Positions 38,167 through 47,485 of a stretch of DNA of 64,000 bases are shown piece by piece. Numbering within the stretch: position 1 is the stretch's first letter; every line of letters starts with the position of its first letter. Source of the stretch: Alistipes sp. (GTDB lineage Bacteria > Bacteroidota > Bacteroidia > Bacteroidales > Rikenellaceae); the NCBI GenBank assembly GCA_022511345.1, contig JAFLRR010000009.1, positions 15,442-79,441 of the forward strand, given 5' to 3'. The notes under the pieces were generated by a model. It was not told where the DNA came from. It did not search any database and saw only the letters and a program-made list of their open reading frames with translations. Both the position numbers and the translations under genes were made by a program.

Positions 38167-40656
38167 ATGTTAATGAGAACCTCGATAGCCATAATATTCG
38201 CGGTGATGAGCATTGCCGTACAGGCACAGCCTACACGTGTGCGCGGCCGGGTCACCGACGCCAACACTGGAGAGCCGCTGCCATTCGTGAGCGTCATATT
38301 CCCCGGCACGACCGTCGGAACAACCACCGACGACGAGGGTATATACTCGGTCGAAAGCCGCGAACAGGCAGACTCGGTGCAGGCAATATACATAGGATAC
38401 AGGACTCAGACGCTGCCCGTGCAGCCGCACCGGTTCAACAACATAGACATCAGATTAGAGCAGGAAGGCTTCAGCATAGACGACGTGGTGGTACTGTCGG
38501 GGCCAAACCCGGCGCATCCGCTGCTCGACAGCGTGAACCGATACAAATACAGGAACGACCCGGCCAATCTGGACAAATACTCGGTGTCCACATACACCAA
38601 AATGCAGCTCGACCTGTCGAACATAAAGCGCCGCAGCTTCAAGAACAAGCGCATGCAGCGCAACTTCGGATTCATATTCGACCATGTGGACACCTCGGCA
38701 ATGACCGGACAGAGCTATCTGCCCGTGATGATTTCGGAGTCGGCAGCAGACTACTACCACAGCAAGAACCCCGCTGTATCGCGCGAAATAATACGCGCCA
38801 GCCGGACCTCGGGATTCTCGGACAACTACACCATAGCCCAGTTCACCGGACAGCTATATGCCGACGTGAATCCATACGACAACTACATAGAGCTGTTCAA
38901 GATAAAATTCGCCGGACCGCTGTCGGGACACGGGCGAATGATATACAACTACTTCCTCGTGGACAGCATGAATATAGAGGGCCGCAAGACTTACAAGGTG
39001 AGATTCCACCCAAAGAGCCTCGCCACGCCGGTGCTGGACGGCGAGATAAACATCGACTCGGCCACATATGCCCTGCGCTCGGCCCATATGCACATGCCCA
39101 AGGGAAACAATGTCAACTGGATAAGGCATCTGCAGATAGACAACGAAAATAGGCCGGTGAACGACACATTATGGTTCCGAAAGAACGACCGGCTGTCGGC
39201 CGACTTCTCGATTGTCATGTCCGACTCGTCGAAGCTCACATCGTTCATAGGCACGCGCGAAATAGCCTACTCCGACTTCCGCCCGGGAGCGGAACTGCCG
39301 GCAAACGTGCGGGCCATGGACAACCGGATAGTGGTCGACGAGGATGTCACGCACAACGACGAGAAGTTCTGGGACAGCATAAGACCCTACGAGCTGAGCC
39401 AGAAGGAGAAGTCGATATACCGCATGGTGGACTCGGTGCAGAGCACTCCCCTGTACCGCAATATATACACGATAATAAACACAATAATAGGCGGTTACTA
39501 CAACACCAAATATGTGGGCATAGGACCCTACTCGCGAATATTCAGCTTCAACAAAATCGAGGGCGCCAGATTCCAGATAGGCGGCCGAACGACCGAGAAC
39601 CTCAGCAACCGGGTGCGACTGTCGGGATATGCGGCATACGGCACGCGCGACGAGGCGTTCAAGGGCGGAGTCGGAGTGGAGCTGATGTTCCGCCGCTCGC
39701 TCACGCGCAAGTTGGAGCTGCGATACATGCACGACATGCAGCAGCTCGGCGAGAGCGACAAGGCAATATCGTCGGCGAATCTGCTGGGGTCGATATTCTC
39801 GCGCGGAAACAAGCGCATGAGCATCATAGACCGCGCCGACATAATCTACGAACACGAGTGGCGGCACGGATTGAGCAACTTCCTGGCCCTGCAGGGACAG
39901 CGCATACAAGCCAACGCCTTCGTGCCGATGATTCGCCCCGACGGCCGAATGATGGAGTCGGTGGGCAACGTCTCGCTGCGGGTGGGAATGCGCATGTCGT
40001 TCAACGAGACGATTGTGCGGCGGCCATTCGACAAGTATCACCTCAGCTCGAAATACCCGATAGTGGGAATAGACTTCACGACGGGATTCAAGGGACTGCT
40101 GCACAACGATTTCGAATACTACCGATTGGAGGGCGAGATGCGTTACAGAATCCCGGTCCCGCCGCTCGGTTACTCGACCGTAACGCTACAGGGAGGACAC
40201 ATATTCGGGCATGTGCCCTATGTGCTGCTGAAGCTGCCCGAGGGCAACGGCACATATTTTTACGACTCGACGGCATTCTCGTGCATGGATTTCTATGAGT
40301 TTGCGGCCGACTCGTGGCTGTCGCTATTCTATGAGCACCACTTCAACGGATTTTTCCTCGGACGCATACCCTTCATGAAGCGTATGAAGATGCGCGAGGT
40401 GATAACGTTCAAAGGTATATACGGCACTCTGTCGAAGGGCAATGACGGCTCGCTGCCCGACACGCAGGCCGTGCTGCTATTCCCAGAGGGCATGACATCG
40501 GTGTCGGACCCTTACCTCGAGGCGGGATTCGGCATAGAGAACATATTCAGGCTGCTGCGCGTGGACTTCGTGTGGCGCCTCACGCACCGCGACCGCACCC
40601 GATATGACAATGTTCAGAATTTTGCAGTAAATTTGAGCCTGAGAATGCAGTTCTAA
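38167..40656 (+). CDS. Outer-membrane protein, carboxypeptidase-regulatory-like domain + DUF5686-type barrel
   Basis: RVRGRVTDANTGEPLPFVSV...GTTTDDEGIY, SFNKIEGARFQIGG, PYLEAGFGIENIFRLLRVDFVWRLT, terminal Phe. Confidence 0.85.
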   Translation: MLMRTSIAIIFAVMSIAVQAQPTRVRGRVTDANTGEPLPFVSVIFPGTTVGTTTDDEGIYSVESREQADSVQAIYIGYRTQTLPVQPHRFNNIDIRLEQEGFSIDDVVVLSGPNPAHPLLDSVNRYKYRNDPANLDKYSVSTYTKMQLDLSNIKRRSFKNKRMQRNFGFIFDHVDTSAMTGQSYLPVMISESAADYYHSKNPAVSREIIRASRTSGFSDNYTIAQFTGQLYADVNPYDNYIELFKIKFAGPLSGHGRMIYNYFLVDSMNIEGRKTYKVRFHPKSLATPVLDGEINIDSATYALRSAHMHMPKGNNVNWIRHLQIDNENRPVNDTLWFRKNDRLSADFSIVMSDSSKLTSFIGTREIAYSDFRPGAELPANVRAMDNRIVVDEDVTHNDEKFWDSIRPYELSQKEKSIYRMVDSVQSTPLYRNIYTIINTIIGGYYNTKYVGIGPYSRIFSFNKIEGARFQIGGRTTENLSNRVRLSGYAAYGTRDEAFKGGVGVELMFRRSLTRKLELRYMHDMQQLGESDKAISSANLLGSIFSRGNKRMSIIDRADIIYEHEWRHGLSNFLALQGQRIQANAFVPMIRPDGRMMESVGNVSLRVGMRMSFNETIVRRPFDKYHLSSKYPIVGIDFTTGFKGLLHNDFEYYRLEGEMRYRIPVPPLGYSTVTLQGGHIFGHVPYVLLKLPEGNGTYFYDSTAFSCMDFYEFAADSWLSLFYEHHFNGFFLGRIPFMKRMKMREVITFKGIYGTLSKGNDGSLPDTQAVLLFPEGMTSVSDPYLEAGFGIENIFRLLRVDFVWRLTHRDRTRYDNVQNFAVNLSLRMQF

Positions 40657-40668
40657 AGATCAGACACG

Positions 40669-41328
40669 ATGATAAAAGGTGTAATTTTCGACATGGACGG
40701 AGTGTTGGTCGACAACCGCGACATCCACTTCAGGGCCTTCGAGATATTCTGCAGCCGCTACGGCGCGGACGGCAGCAGCGAGAGGCTCGTGCCGCTGTTC
40801 GGCATGGGCAACGACGACATAATGCGAACGCTGATGCCGCCCGAAGTCGTCCAGGCCCGCGGAACGGCGGCCCTGTCGGATGAGAAAGAGGCCATATACC
40901 GCCAGATATATGAACCCGTAATAGAGCCCGTACGGGGCCTGCGCGAGTTTCTCGCATCGCTCAAAGAGGCCGGAATAAGGTGTGCGGTGGGTTCGTCGGG
41001 TTGTGCCGACAACGTGCGCTTCGTGCTCGAGAAGTGCTCCATAGGCCAATATTTCGACGCATGCATAAGCGGCGACATGGTAACCCGCTGCAAGCCCGAC
41101 CCGGAGATATATCTCACAGCCGCAGCGAGCCTGGGGTTGCCCGCCGGGGAGTGTCTCGTATTCGAAGATGCGCTGGCGGGAATCGAGGCCGCCGAGAGGG
41201 CCGGAATGCATGTCACGGCAGTGGCCACTACCCTGCCGCGCGAGGTGCTCGAAAAGCGCGTAGGGACCGAGAATGTAATAGACGACTTCACCCAGACGAA
41301 TGCAGCAAGAGTGGCTGCAATACAGTGA
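40669..41328 (+). CDS. HAD family phosphatase (beta-phosphoglucomutase-like)
   Basis: IFDMDGVLVD, VGSS, CKPDPEIY, LVFEDALAGIEAA. Confidence 0.93.
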   Translation: MIKGVIFDMDGVLVDNRDIHFRAFEIFCSRYGADGSSERLVPLFGMGNDDIMRTLMPPEVVQARGTAALSDEKEAIYRQIYEPVIEPVRGLREFLASLKEAGIRCAVGSSGCADNVRFVLEKCSIGQYFDACISGDMVTRCKPDPEIYLTAAASLGLPAGECLVFEDALAGIEAAERAGMHVTAVATTLPREVLEKRVGTENVIDDFTQTNAARVAAIQ

Positions 41329-41352
41329 TTAAAACGAAAAACCCGGACGAAT

Positions 41353-41718
41353 ATGTGGAGAGGAATATTGACAATAGTGCTGCTCGTATGTTCCAATGCG
41401 CTCATGACGCTGGCCTGGTACGGGCACATAGCCTTCAAATCGAAAACCGAGCGGCTGGGAATGGCTGCCATAGTATTGATCAGCTGGGGAATAGCGCTGT
41501 TCGAATACAGCTTCATGATTCCGGCAAACCGGCTGGGAAGCTCACAGCTCGGAGGTCCGTTCACCATATGGCAGCTGAAGGTGATTCAGGAGGTAATATC
41601 GCTGGCGGTATTCACGGTATTCGTGGTAGTGTTCATGAAGTCTGAAACGCTCAGGTGGAACCATCTGGTGGGATTCGCACTTCTGATAGCGGCAGTATAC
41701 TTCATATTCAAGAAATAG
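41353..41718 (+). CDS. DMT family small membrane protein (DUF486-like)
   Basis: SNALMTLAWYGH, SWGIALFEYSFMIPANRLG, QLKVIQEVISL. Confidence 0.88.
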   Translation: MWRGILTIVLLVCSNALMTLAWYGHIAFKSKTERLGMAAIVLISWGIALFEYSFMIPANRLGSSQLGGPFTIWQLKVIQEVISLAVFTVFVVVFMKSETLRWNHLVGFALLIAAVYFIFKK

Positions 41719-41858
41719 CGCTTCAAGAAAAAAAGCAAAAAAAAGAATCCGGACGCAGCCGCACGGAAAAATTATCACCACCCCCAAAGTGCACGGCCGA
41801 ATCGCCCGGATTCGCGGTATGTACCGAATGCCCGCAATCTTTTGAACCGCAGAAAGGT

Positions 41859-42058
41859 GAAAAAGAGAGGCGCAGGCATCGGACTTAATGATTCACGGTT
41901 CCGGCAAAACCGTTCGGTATCAAGTACGTATAACCTGCGCCGCCATTACTGCCGGAAATCCGATGCCGAATAAATCGGAGCGGATACACATACTTAATCA
42001 CCGAATCAAAATATGCCGGATTCTGAATCGATTAAGGCAACCCAATGCGTCGGATTGC
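41859..42058 (-). ncRNA. Candidate orphan structured small RNA
   Basis: Canonical promoter on the minus strand (TTTG 42090-42093, N19, TATATTTG 42063-42070), four helices and a final U-rich tract. No convincing ORF. Confidence 0.45.
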
Positions 42059-42101
42059 TCGACAAATATACACGTTTTTTTCATTACGGCAAAATTAGCC
42101 G

Positions 42102-42137
42102 AAAAAAAGTCGCGTCTTTTCGGCTGAAAAGACGCGA
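42102..42137 (-). terminator. Terminator of tRNA-Gln
   Basis: TCGCGTCTTTT/AAAAGACGCGA perfect 11-bp stem with a T7 tract on the minus strand. Confidence 0.9.
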
Positions 42138-42144
42138 GATGATG

Positions 42145-42215
42145 TTGAACTGCCCGGATTCGAACCGGGAACGACAGAACCAAAATCTGCTGTGTTACCG
42201 TTACACCACAGTTCA
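42145..42215 (-). tRNA. tRNA-Gln (anticodon TTG), CCA not encoded
   Basis: TGAACTG/CAGTTCA acceptor stem, anticodon arm GCAGA-TTTTGGT-TCTGT, T arm GGTTCGAATCC. -7 element at 42239-42246. Confidence 0.96.
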
Positions 42216-42387
42216 GACCCTGCGCTCGAAAGCGCACGCAAATATAGAAAAAATTTCACAGACGCCCCAACGGCACGGATTTATTTCTCGGCCGACGGCT
42301 TAAAAGAGCTGTCGGCGGTAGACTCAGACGCAAAAAAACGGCGGCACCCGCACATGCGAATGCCGCCGAAGAAGATGCCGCAAGGCC

Positions 42388-43722
42388 TCAGAGCCCTGCC
42401 GCCGCAGGCGAGGTGAAGCGCTGCAGACGGTCGCTGTTCCACTCGCCGCCGGCCCCGTCGTAGATTACGGGGCGCGCATCGCCGAAGGATTTAAGGCGCA
42501 GATAGGTCTCATACAGCGCGATTCCGTTGGACGACTCCTCGGCAATGGAGAATGCCACAACCGAAGGATGGATTTTCAGAGTGTGGTATATTCCCTCGGC
42601 GCGGTCGACGAACGACTCGGTCCAGGTTGCGTCGTTGGAGGGATTCCCGCCAACGCGGCGCGAATCGCCCCAGCGCGAGGTGGAGACGGGGGACTGGGCG
42701 ATGGCGTACATGCCTATCGAGTCGCACAAATCGAACAGCCGGCGGTTGACAGCCCCGGCGCGCGGGTGCAGCGCATTGTAACCCTGCTCGCGCAGAGCGA
42801 CAATCTCGTCGGCCGAGATCGACGGGTCGACATCGGCGACGATGAGCGCCGTGAGGTTTCCGTTGACCGACACAAGGCCGCGCTCGGAAACGGATATGTT
42901 GCGCACTCCAAGACGGAACGTAAGGCACTCCTGGTAGCGGCCGGCATTGCGCGTGCGAACATCGAGGCGCAGCATGCAGGGGCGCCGCAGCCTCCAAAGG
43001 CAGCTGTCGGGAAGAAGTGTGGCAAAGCGCACGGTATCCTCGCCGCGCATGTCGAGCGTGAGCTCCTTATAGCCGTAGTGCAGACGGATGCTGTCGTTGA
43101 CGAAAAGCTCGTAGTCGACGCGCGTGCTCTTGGGGTTGAGCATCTCGCTCTTGAGAACGATGCCGAACTCGGCCGAGGCGCCTCCGTCGGCTGAGATGAC
43201 GGTGTTGGTGACTATGTCGCGCACCCTGACGGCTGCAGGCGACTGTACATAGCAGCGGCCGGTGGTGAACTCGTCGCTCTCGCGGCTCAGAACGCCGGCC
43301 ATATCATCGGCAAAGGGGACCAGACGGACCTGGTTGCGGCCCTCCTTGACGAACTTGGTGATGACGAACTCTGACGGCAGCATGCCGCTGCGGGTGAAGC
43401 CGACACGGCGGCCGTCGATTTCGACGGCATAGCCGCGCGAGGCCGACTCGACATGCAGCACAACCTGGCGGTTGACCCACGCGAAGGGTACGGCGAAGTC
43501 GCACGTGCGCGCGCCGTCCGCTGCCACGCTCCACTCCTCGAGAGGACGGATATACTTGGATTGCGGGAAGCCTGCCGCCGACGATTCGGCGACCGTAGAA
43601 CAGACGAGCATCTCGCCGCCGTAGGGGGCGCGTCCTTCGGATACAGCACCCGACGCCGCGGGAGGCGCCGCACAAAGAGCGGTGCAAGAAAACAGGGCCG
43701 CAATAAGGAGAATACGCTTCAT
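42388..43722 (-). CDS. Degenerate glycoside hydrolase family 2-like protein (truncated TIM barrel)
   Basis: GH2-like N-domain (VVLHVESASRGYAVEIDG...SEFVITKFVKEGRNQV), GVRNISV, GYNALHP...LCDSIGMY, HPSVVAFSIAEES. Ends early and is followed by a terminator (42331-42368). Confidence 0.75.
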   Translation of the reverse strand: MKRILLIAALFSCTALCAAPPAASGAVSEGRAPYGGEMLVCSTVAESSAAGFPQSKYIRPLEEWSVAADGARTCDFAVPFAWVNRQVVLHVESASRGYAVEIDGRRVGFTRSGMLPSEFVITKFVKEGRNQVRLVPFADDMAGVLSRESDEFTTGRCYVQSPAAVRVRDIVTNTVISADGGASAEFGIVLKSEMLNPKSTRVDYELFVNDSIRLHYGYKELTLDMRGEDTVRFATLLPDSCLWRLRRPCMLRLDVRTRNAGRYQECLTFRLGVRNISVSERGLVSVNGNLTALIVADVDPSISADEIVALREQGYNALHPRAGAVNRRLFDLCDSIGMYAIAQSPVSTSRWGDSRRVGGNPSNDATWTESFVDRAEGIYHTLKIHPSVVAFSIAEESSNGIALYETYLRLKSFGDARPVIYDGAGGEWNSDRLQRFTSPAAAGL

Positions 43723-43768
43723 AATTCGTATATTTGTCTCGGCAAAGTTACTCTTTTTTCCGGATATT

Positions 43769-44230
43769 ATGACTCAGCAGCTGCCGATACTCGATTTCCC
43801 GCCCGTAAGGCTGCGTGCGCGCCGCAACGGCGACCGCACGGAGATATGGGACGCCGTGCGAGGGATGTATCTGGTGCTCACGCCCGAAGAGTGGGTGCGG
43901 CAGCATCTGACGGCATTTCTGGTGTCGCACTGCGGAGTGCCGCCCCACCGCATAGTGGCCGAATATCCCGTGCCGCTGAACGGTCAGCCGCAGAGAGCCG
44001 ACATTGTGGCCGTGGACGACCGCGGAGAGCCGGCCATACTGGCCGAATGCAAGGCTGCGGATGTAAAGCTCGACCAGAGCGTACTCGCGCAGGCGGTGCG
44101 CTACAACTCGGTGCTCAGGGCCAGATACATAATACTCACGAACGGTCTGAAACACCGCTGCTACGAATATTCCGACGGACAGTACCGGCCGGCCGGATTT
44201 CCAGTGATGCGGCCCGGAGCCGAGCGTTAG
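43769..44230 (+). CDS. Stand-alone HsdR N-terminal (PD-D/ExK nuclease-like) domain protein
   Basis: LTPEEWVRQH, RADIV, LAECKA, QAVRYN, ILTNG. No motor domain and no hsdM/hsdS nearby. Confidence 0.88.
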   Translation: MTQQLPILDFPPVRLRARRNGDRTEIWDAVRGMYLVLTPEEWVRQHLTAFLVSHCGVPPHRIVAEYPVPLNGQPQRADIVAVDDRGEPAILAECKAADVKLDQSVLAQAVRYNSVLRARYIILTNGLKHRCYEYSDGQYRPAGFPVMRPGAER

Positions 44231-44955
44231 GGCTGCTGAGGAAACACCCTGCTCACATAGGCCATGAAGGCTTCGCGGTAGTTGTCGCCCACCGGAAGCG
44301 GCTGCTCCACGCCGTCAAGATAGACGCACCCCTTGGCATAGCCGCTGATGCGGCGCAGATTGACGATGCACGAGCGGTGCACGCGCATGAACATCTCCGA
44401 CGGCAGCATGATCTCGACATTCTTGAGACGGCACAGCGACATGATACGCGTGCCGTCCTGCAGCACGAAGCGGACATACTCGCTGTCGCTCTCGACATAG
44501 ACGATGTCGGCGTGGCGCACGAGCATCACCTTGTGGTCGGCACGCACCGAGATGCAGTCGCTCTCAGACGACGGCTCGCGGCCCGGGCGGGTAAGCTCGG
44601 CCATGGAGCGGGCCTTCTCGGCCGCGTGCAGAAACTCGTCGTAGCTGAAAGGCTTGAGCAGGTAGCCCGTGGCATCGAGGCGGAAGCCGTCGACGGCGAA
44701 CTGAGGATAGGCCGTGGTGAAGACCACCAGCGGGCGGTTCTCCTCGGGCAGGGAGCGGATGAACTCCATACCGTTGACGTCGGGCATGTTTATATCGGTG
44801 AATATCAAATCTATATCCTCGGTCTGCAGGACCTGCTGCGCATCGGCGGCGCTCATGCAGAGGGCTGCCAGTTCGAGAAATGGCGTCTTGGCTATGTAGG
44901 CGCGAATCTGCTTGAGAGCCAGAGGCTCGTCGTCAACGGCAATGCATCTAATCAT
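44227..44955 (-). CDS. LytTR family response regulator
   Basis: AVDDEPLA, IFTDINMPDVNG, FTTAY, YLLKP, FMRVHRSCIVN. Confidence 0.95.
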   Translation of the reverse strand: MIRCIAVDDEPLALKQIRAYIAKTPFLELAALCMSAADAQQVLQTEDIDLIFTDINMPDVNGMEFIRSLPEENRPLVVFTTAYPQFAVDGFRLDATGYLLKPFSYDEFLHAAEKARSMAELTRPGREPSSESDCISVRADHKVMLVRHADIVYVESDSEYVRFVLQDGTRIMSLCRLKNVEIMLPSEMFMRVHRSCIVNLRRISGYAKGCVYLDGVEQPLPVGDNYREAFMAYVSRVFPQQP

Positions 44956-46018
44956 GGAGAACGGGTATTGACAGATAGACTTCGTAGCGGTCGGGCTTCG
45001 AGTCGTCGATTTTGAGTGTGAAGTCGTCGCCGTAGATCAGCTCCAGGCGCTTGCGGGCGTTGTCCAGACCGATGCCGTGCTTGACGCCGGCAGGCTCGCG
45101 ATGGCGGCTGTTGGCGATAAGGCAGCGAACCCTGTCGCCCTCGACCGCGATGTCGATATCGACGAACGACGGATGGCGGTAGCTGATGCCGTGCTTGAAG
45201 GCATTCTCGACGAAGACAATCAACAGCAGCGGCGGAATGACAATCTTGCGCCCCACGTCCGCAGGACGGCTGAAGCGGATGTCGACATCGTCGTCGTAGC
45301 GGATGCGCATGAGCCGTATGTAGTTGTCGATGAACTCCAAATCGCGTGTGAGCGATATGTCCTGCGACTCTGAGTCGTAGAGCACGTAGCGCATCATGCG
45401 CGAGAGGTCGATGACGCTCTTCTTGGCCATCTCGGCGTCGATGTCTATGAGCGCATGGATGTTGTTGAGCGTGTTCATGAAGAAGTGAGGATTGATCTGG
45501 TACTTCAGATAATCCATCTCGGTCTGCAGATTCTGACGCTGCAGGGCCTCCATGGCCTGCTCGTCGCGCATGGATTTGTACATGAATTTGATGGCCGCGT
45601 TCATTCCCGTCATGAAGAAGCCCAGCAGCACGTTCCAGTAGAGGGCCAAATCGGTGAACGACGCCTTGCGGTAGCCGATGACGGCCTCGGCATCGTCGAC
45701 CGAGACAGGTGTCGAAAAATAGCGCTCGTAGGAGTCTATGACGGTGAAGATGACAACTATGGCCAGCAGATCGACAGCAAGATAGCGCACATACTTGCGC
45801 TCAAGAAGCAGTTTGGGCGCAATGAGCGAGTTATGGATGAGGAAGAGGATGAAGTAGGGGCATATCCTCCGCCACGCCTGCAGCAGGTCCTCGATGTCGA
45901 CATGCAGCTCGGTGACCATCTCCGAGTTGAGCACGGGCACCAGAAAGATGGCCGACCAGACAAGAAAATAGAGCAGGTTCTCGCCGATGGTCTGTTTGCG
46001 GGGCAGGTTTACTTTCAC
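44948..46018 (-). CDS. LytS/YehU-type sensor histidine kinase
   Basis: N-terminal TMs, LKYQINPHFFMNTLNNIHALI, PPLLLIVFVENAFKHG, GIGLDNARKRLELIY. Confidence 0.95.
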   Translation of the reverse strand: MKVNLPRKQTIGENLLYFLVWSAIFLVPVLNSEMVTELHVDIEDLLQAWRRICPYFILFLIHNSLIAPKLLLERKYVRYLAVDLLAIVVIFTVIDSYERYFSTPVSVDDAEAVIGYRKASFTDLALYWNVLLGFFMTGMNAAIKFMYKSMRDEQAMEALQRQNLQTEMDYLKYQINPHFFMNTLNNIHALIDIDAEMAKKSVIDLSRMMRYVLYDSESQDISLTRDLEFIDNYIRLMRIRYDDDVDIRFSRPADVGRKIVIPPLLLIVFVENAFKHGISYRHPSFVDIDIAVEGDRVRCLIANSRHREPAGVKHGIGLDNARKRLELIYGDDFTLKIDDSKPDRYEVYLSIPVLHD

Positions 46019-46050
46019 GCTGTGCGACTATTTGGGTTGCAGGCCGTCCG

Positions 46051-46515
46051 TCAGCGGATGCGGTCGAGCGAACGGACCATTATCTCGTCGTGCATGATGC
46101 CGCGCGCAGCCAGCCAGCAGAAGAGGATGGCGGCGACGGGCAGGAATGCAGTGACGCGTATGCTCGAGGCATGGAACGCCAGCTCGGAGAACATGCGGTT
46201 GGCCAGAAAGCAGTAAATCAGCATGATGACCTGCGCCCCTACGAGCAGCACAATCTCGGCCACGCACAGGCGGAACTGGAGCATGCGGCGGTTGTAGAGG
46301 AAGATTATGACCAGCGGGAGCACGCAGGCCGCATCGAGCAGCATGGCCATATAGTTGGTGCGGATAAGAATCTGCCCGTCGGAATCTTTCAGTCCGTAGG
46401 CGCAGAGGTCGAACGACTCGGCGCCGGCGGCGAACTGGGCCAGCGGCAGGAATATCGACACGGCGCACATGGCCGCAGCGATAAAGAGGTAGAGAGTCTG
46501 AATGCGTTGTATCAT
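46051..46515 (-). CDS. DUF4293 family membrane protein
   Basis: MIQRIQTLYL start, IFLYNRRMLQ, C-terminal LAARGIMHDEIMVRSLDRIR. Confidence 0.88.
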   Translation of the reverse strand: MIQRIQTLYLFIAAAMCAVSIFLPLAQFAAGAESFDLCAYGLKDSDGQILIRTNYMAMLLDAACVLPLVIIFLYNRRMLQFRLCVAEIVLLVGAQVIMLIYCFLANRMFSELAFHASSIRVTAFLPVAAILFCWLAARGIMHDEIMVRSLDRIR

Positions 46516-46520
46516 AATGT

Positions 46521-47483
46521 TCAGTCTATTTTTTCGTCAACGGGATAGTCGTTGCGGCCAGGAGCCGCACGGTTGATCAGCTCGCCGATGAATCCGGCCA
46601 GGAAGAGCTGCACGCCCAGAACCACGGCCAGCATCGAGAGGTAGAACAGAGGCTGCTCGGTGACAGGGCGAATGGGCAGCGCGTGGGCCTGCTTGTAGAG
46701 CTTGGCGGCGATAATCCACACCGTGGAGAAGCCTCCGGCCAGGAACATCAGCGTGCCCAGGCCGCCGAAGAAGTACATCGGCGAACGGCCGAAGCGCGAC
46801 AGGAACGATACAGTGATGAGGTCGAGGTAGCCCTTGACCATGCGTTCGATGCCGAACTTGGATTTGCCGTACTTGCGGGCCCGGTGGCAGACCTCCTTCT
46901 CGCCTATGCGGCCGAAACCGGCCCTCTTGGCCAGGATGGGTATGTAGCGGTGCATCTCGCCGTAGACCTCGATGGACTTCACTACCTTGCGGCGGTAGGC
47001 CTTCAGGCCGCAGTTGAAGTCGTGCAGGCGGATGCCCGAAACCAGCCGCGCGGTGAAGTTGAAGAACTTGCTCGGCCAGCGCTTGCCGGCAGGGTCGTGG
47101 CGGTCGCGCTTCCAGCCCGACACGAGGTCGTAGCCCTCGTCGACTATCATGCGGCGCATCTGCGGAATCTCGTCGGGAGAGTCCTGCAGGTCGGCATCCA
47201 TGGTAAAGACCACCTCGCCCCGCGCCGCAGCGAAACCGCAGTAGAGGGCTGCCGACTTGCCGCAGTTGTAGGCGAAGCGTATGGCCCGCAGCGACTCGTA
47301 TTCGGACTTCAGGCGCACGATTTCGGCCCACGAAGCATCCGTGGAGCCGTCGTCGACCATTATAATCTCATAGGCAAACGACTCGGCGCGGGCCACGCGG
47401 TCGATCCACGCTACCAGCTCGGCGAGCGACTCCTCCTCGTTGTAGAGGGGCACGACGACCGATATGTCGGGAGTCGTCTGCAT
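46521..47483 (-). CDS. Glycosyltransferase family 2 (DPM1/GtrB-like, C-terminal TMs)
   Basis: ISVVVPLYNEEES, VDDGSTD, NCGKSAAL, TMDADLQD, HDFNCGLKAY, GEMHRYIP. Confidence 0.95.
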   Translation of the reverse strand: MQTTPDISVVVPLYNEEESLAELVAWIDRVARAESFAYEIIMVDDGSTDASWAEIVRLKSEYESLRAIRFAYNCGKSAALYCGFAAARGEVVFTMDADLQDSPDEIPQMRRMIVDEGYDLVSGWKRDRHDPAGKRWPSKFFNFTARLVSGIRLHDFNCGLKAYRRKVVKSIEVYGEMHRYIPILAKRAGFGRIGEKEVCHRARKYGKSKFGIERMVKGYLDLITVSFLSRFGRSPMYFFGGLGTLMFLAGGFSTVWIIAAKLYKQAHALPIRPVTEQPLFYLSMLAVVLGVQLFLAGFIGELINRAAPGRNDYPVDEKID

Positions 47484-47485
47484 AA

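Noticed and set aside
41720-42215. tRNA-Gln as an integration site (att) for a mobile element
   Set aside because: No integrase and no duplicated tRNA 3' end. CGCCCGGATTCG near 41803 is only a short partial match.
41888-42303. Track ORFs 41888-42127, 41998-42237 and 42013-42303
   Set aside because: They overlap the tRNA and its terminator, have atypical composition and show no motifs.
43769-44230. Type I restriction-modification system
   Set aside because: Only the N-terminal domain is present; no hsdM, hsdS or helicase motor in the window.
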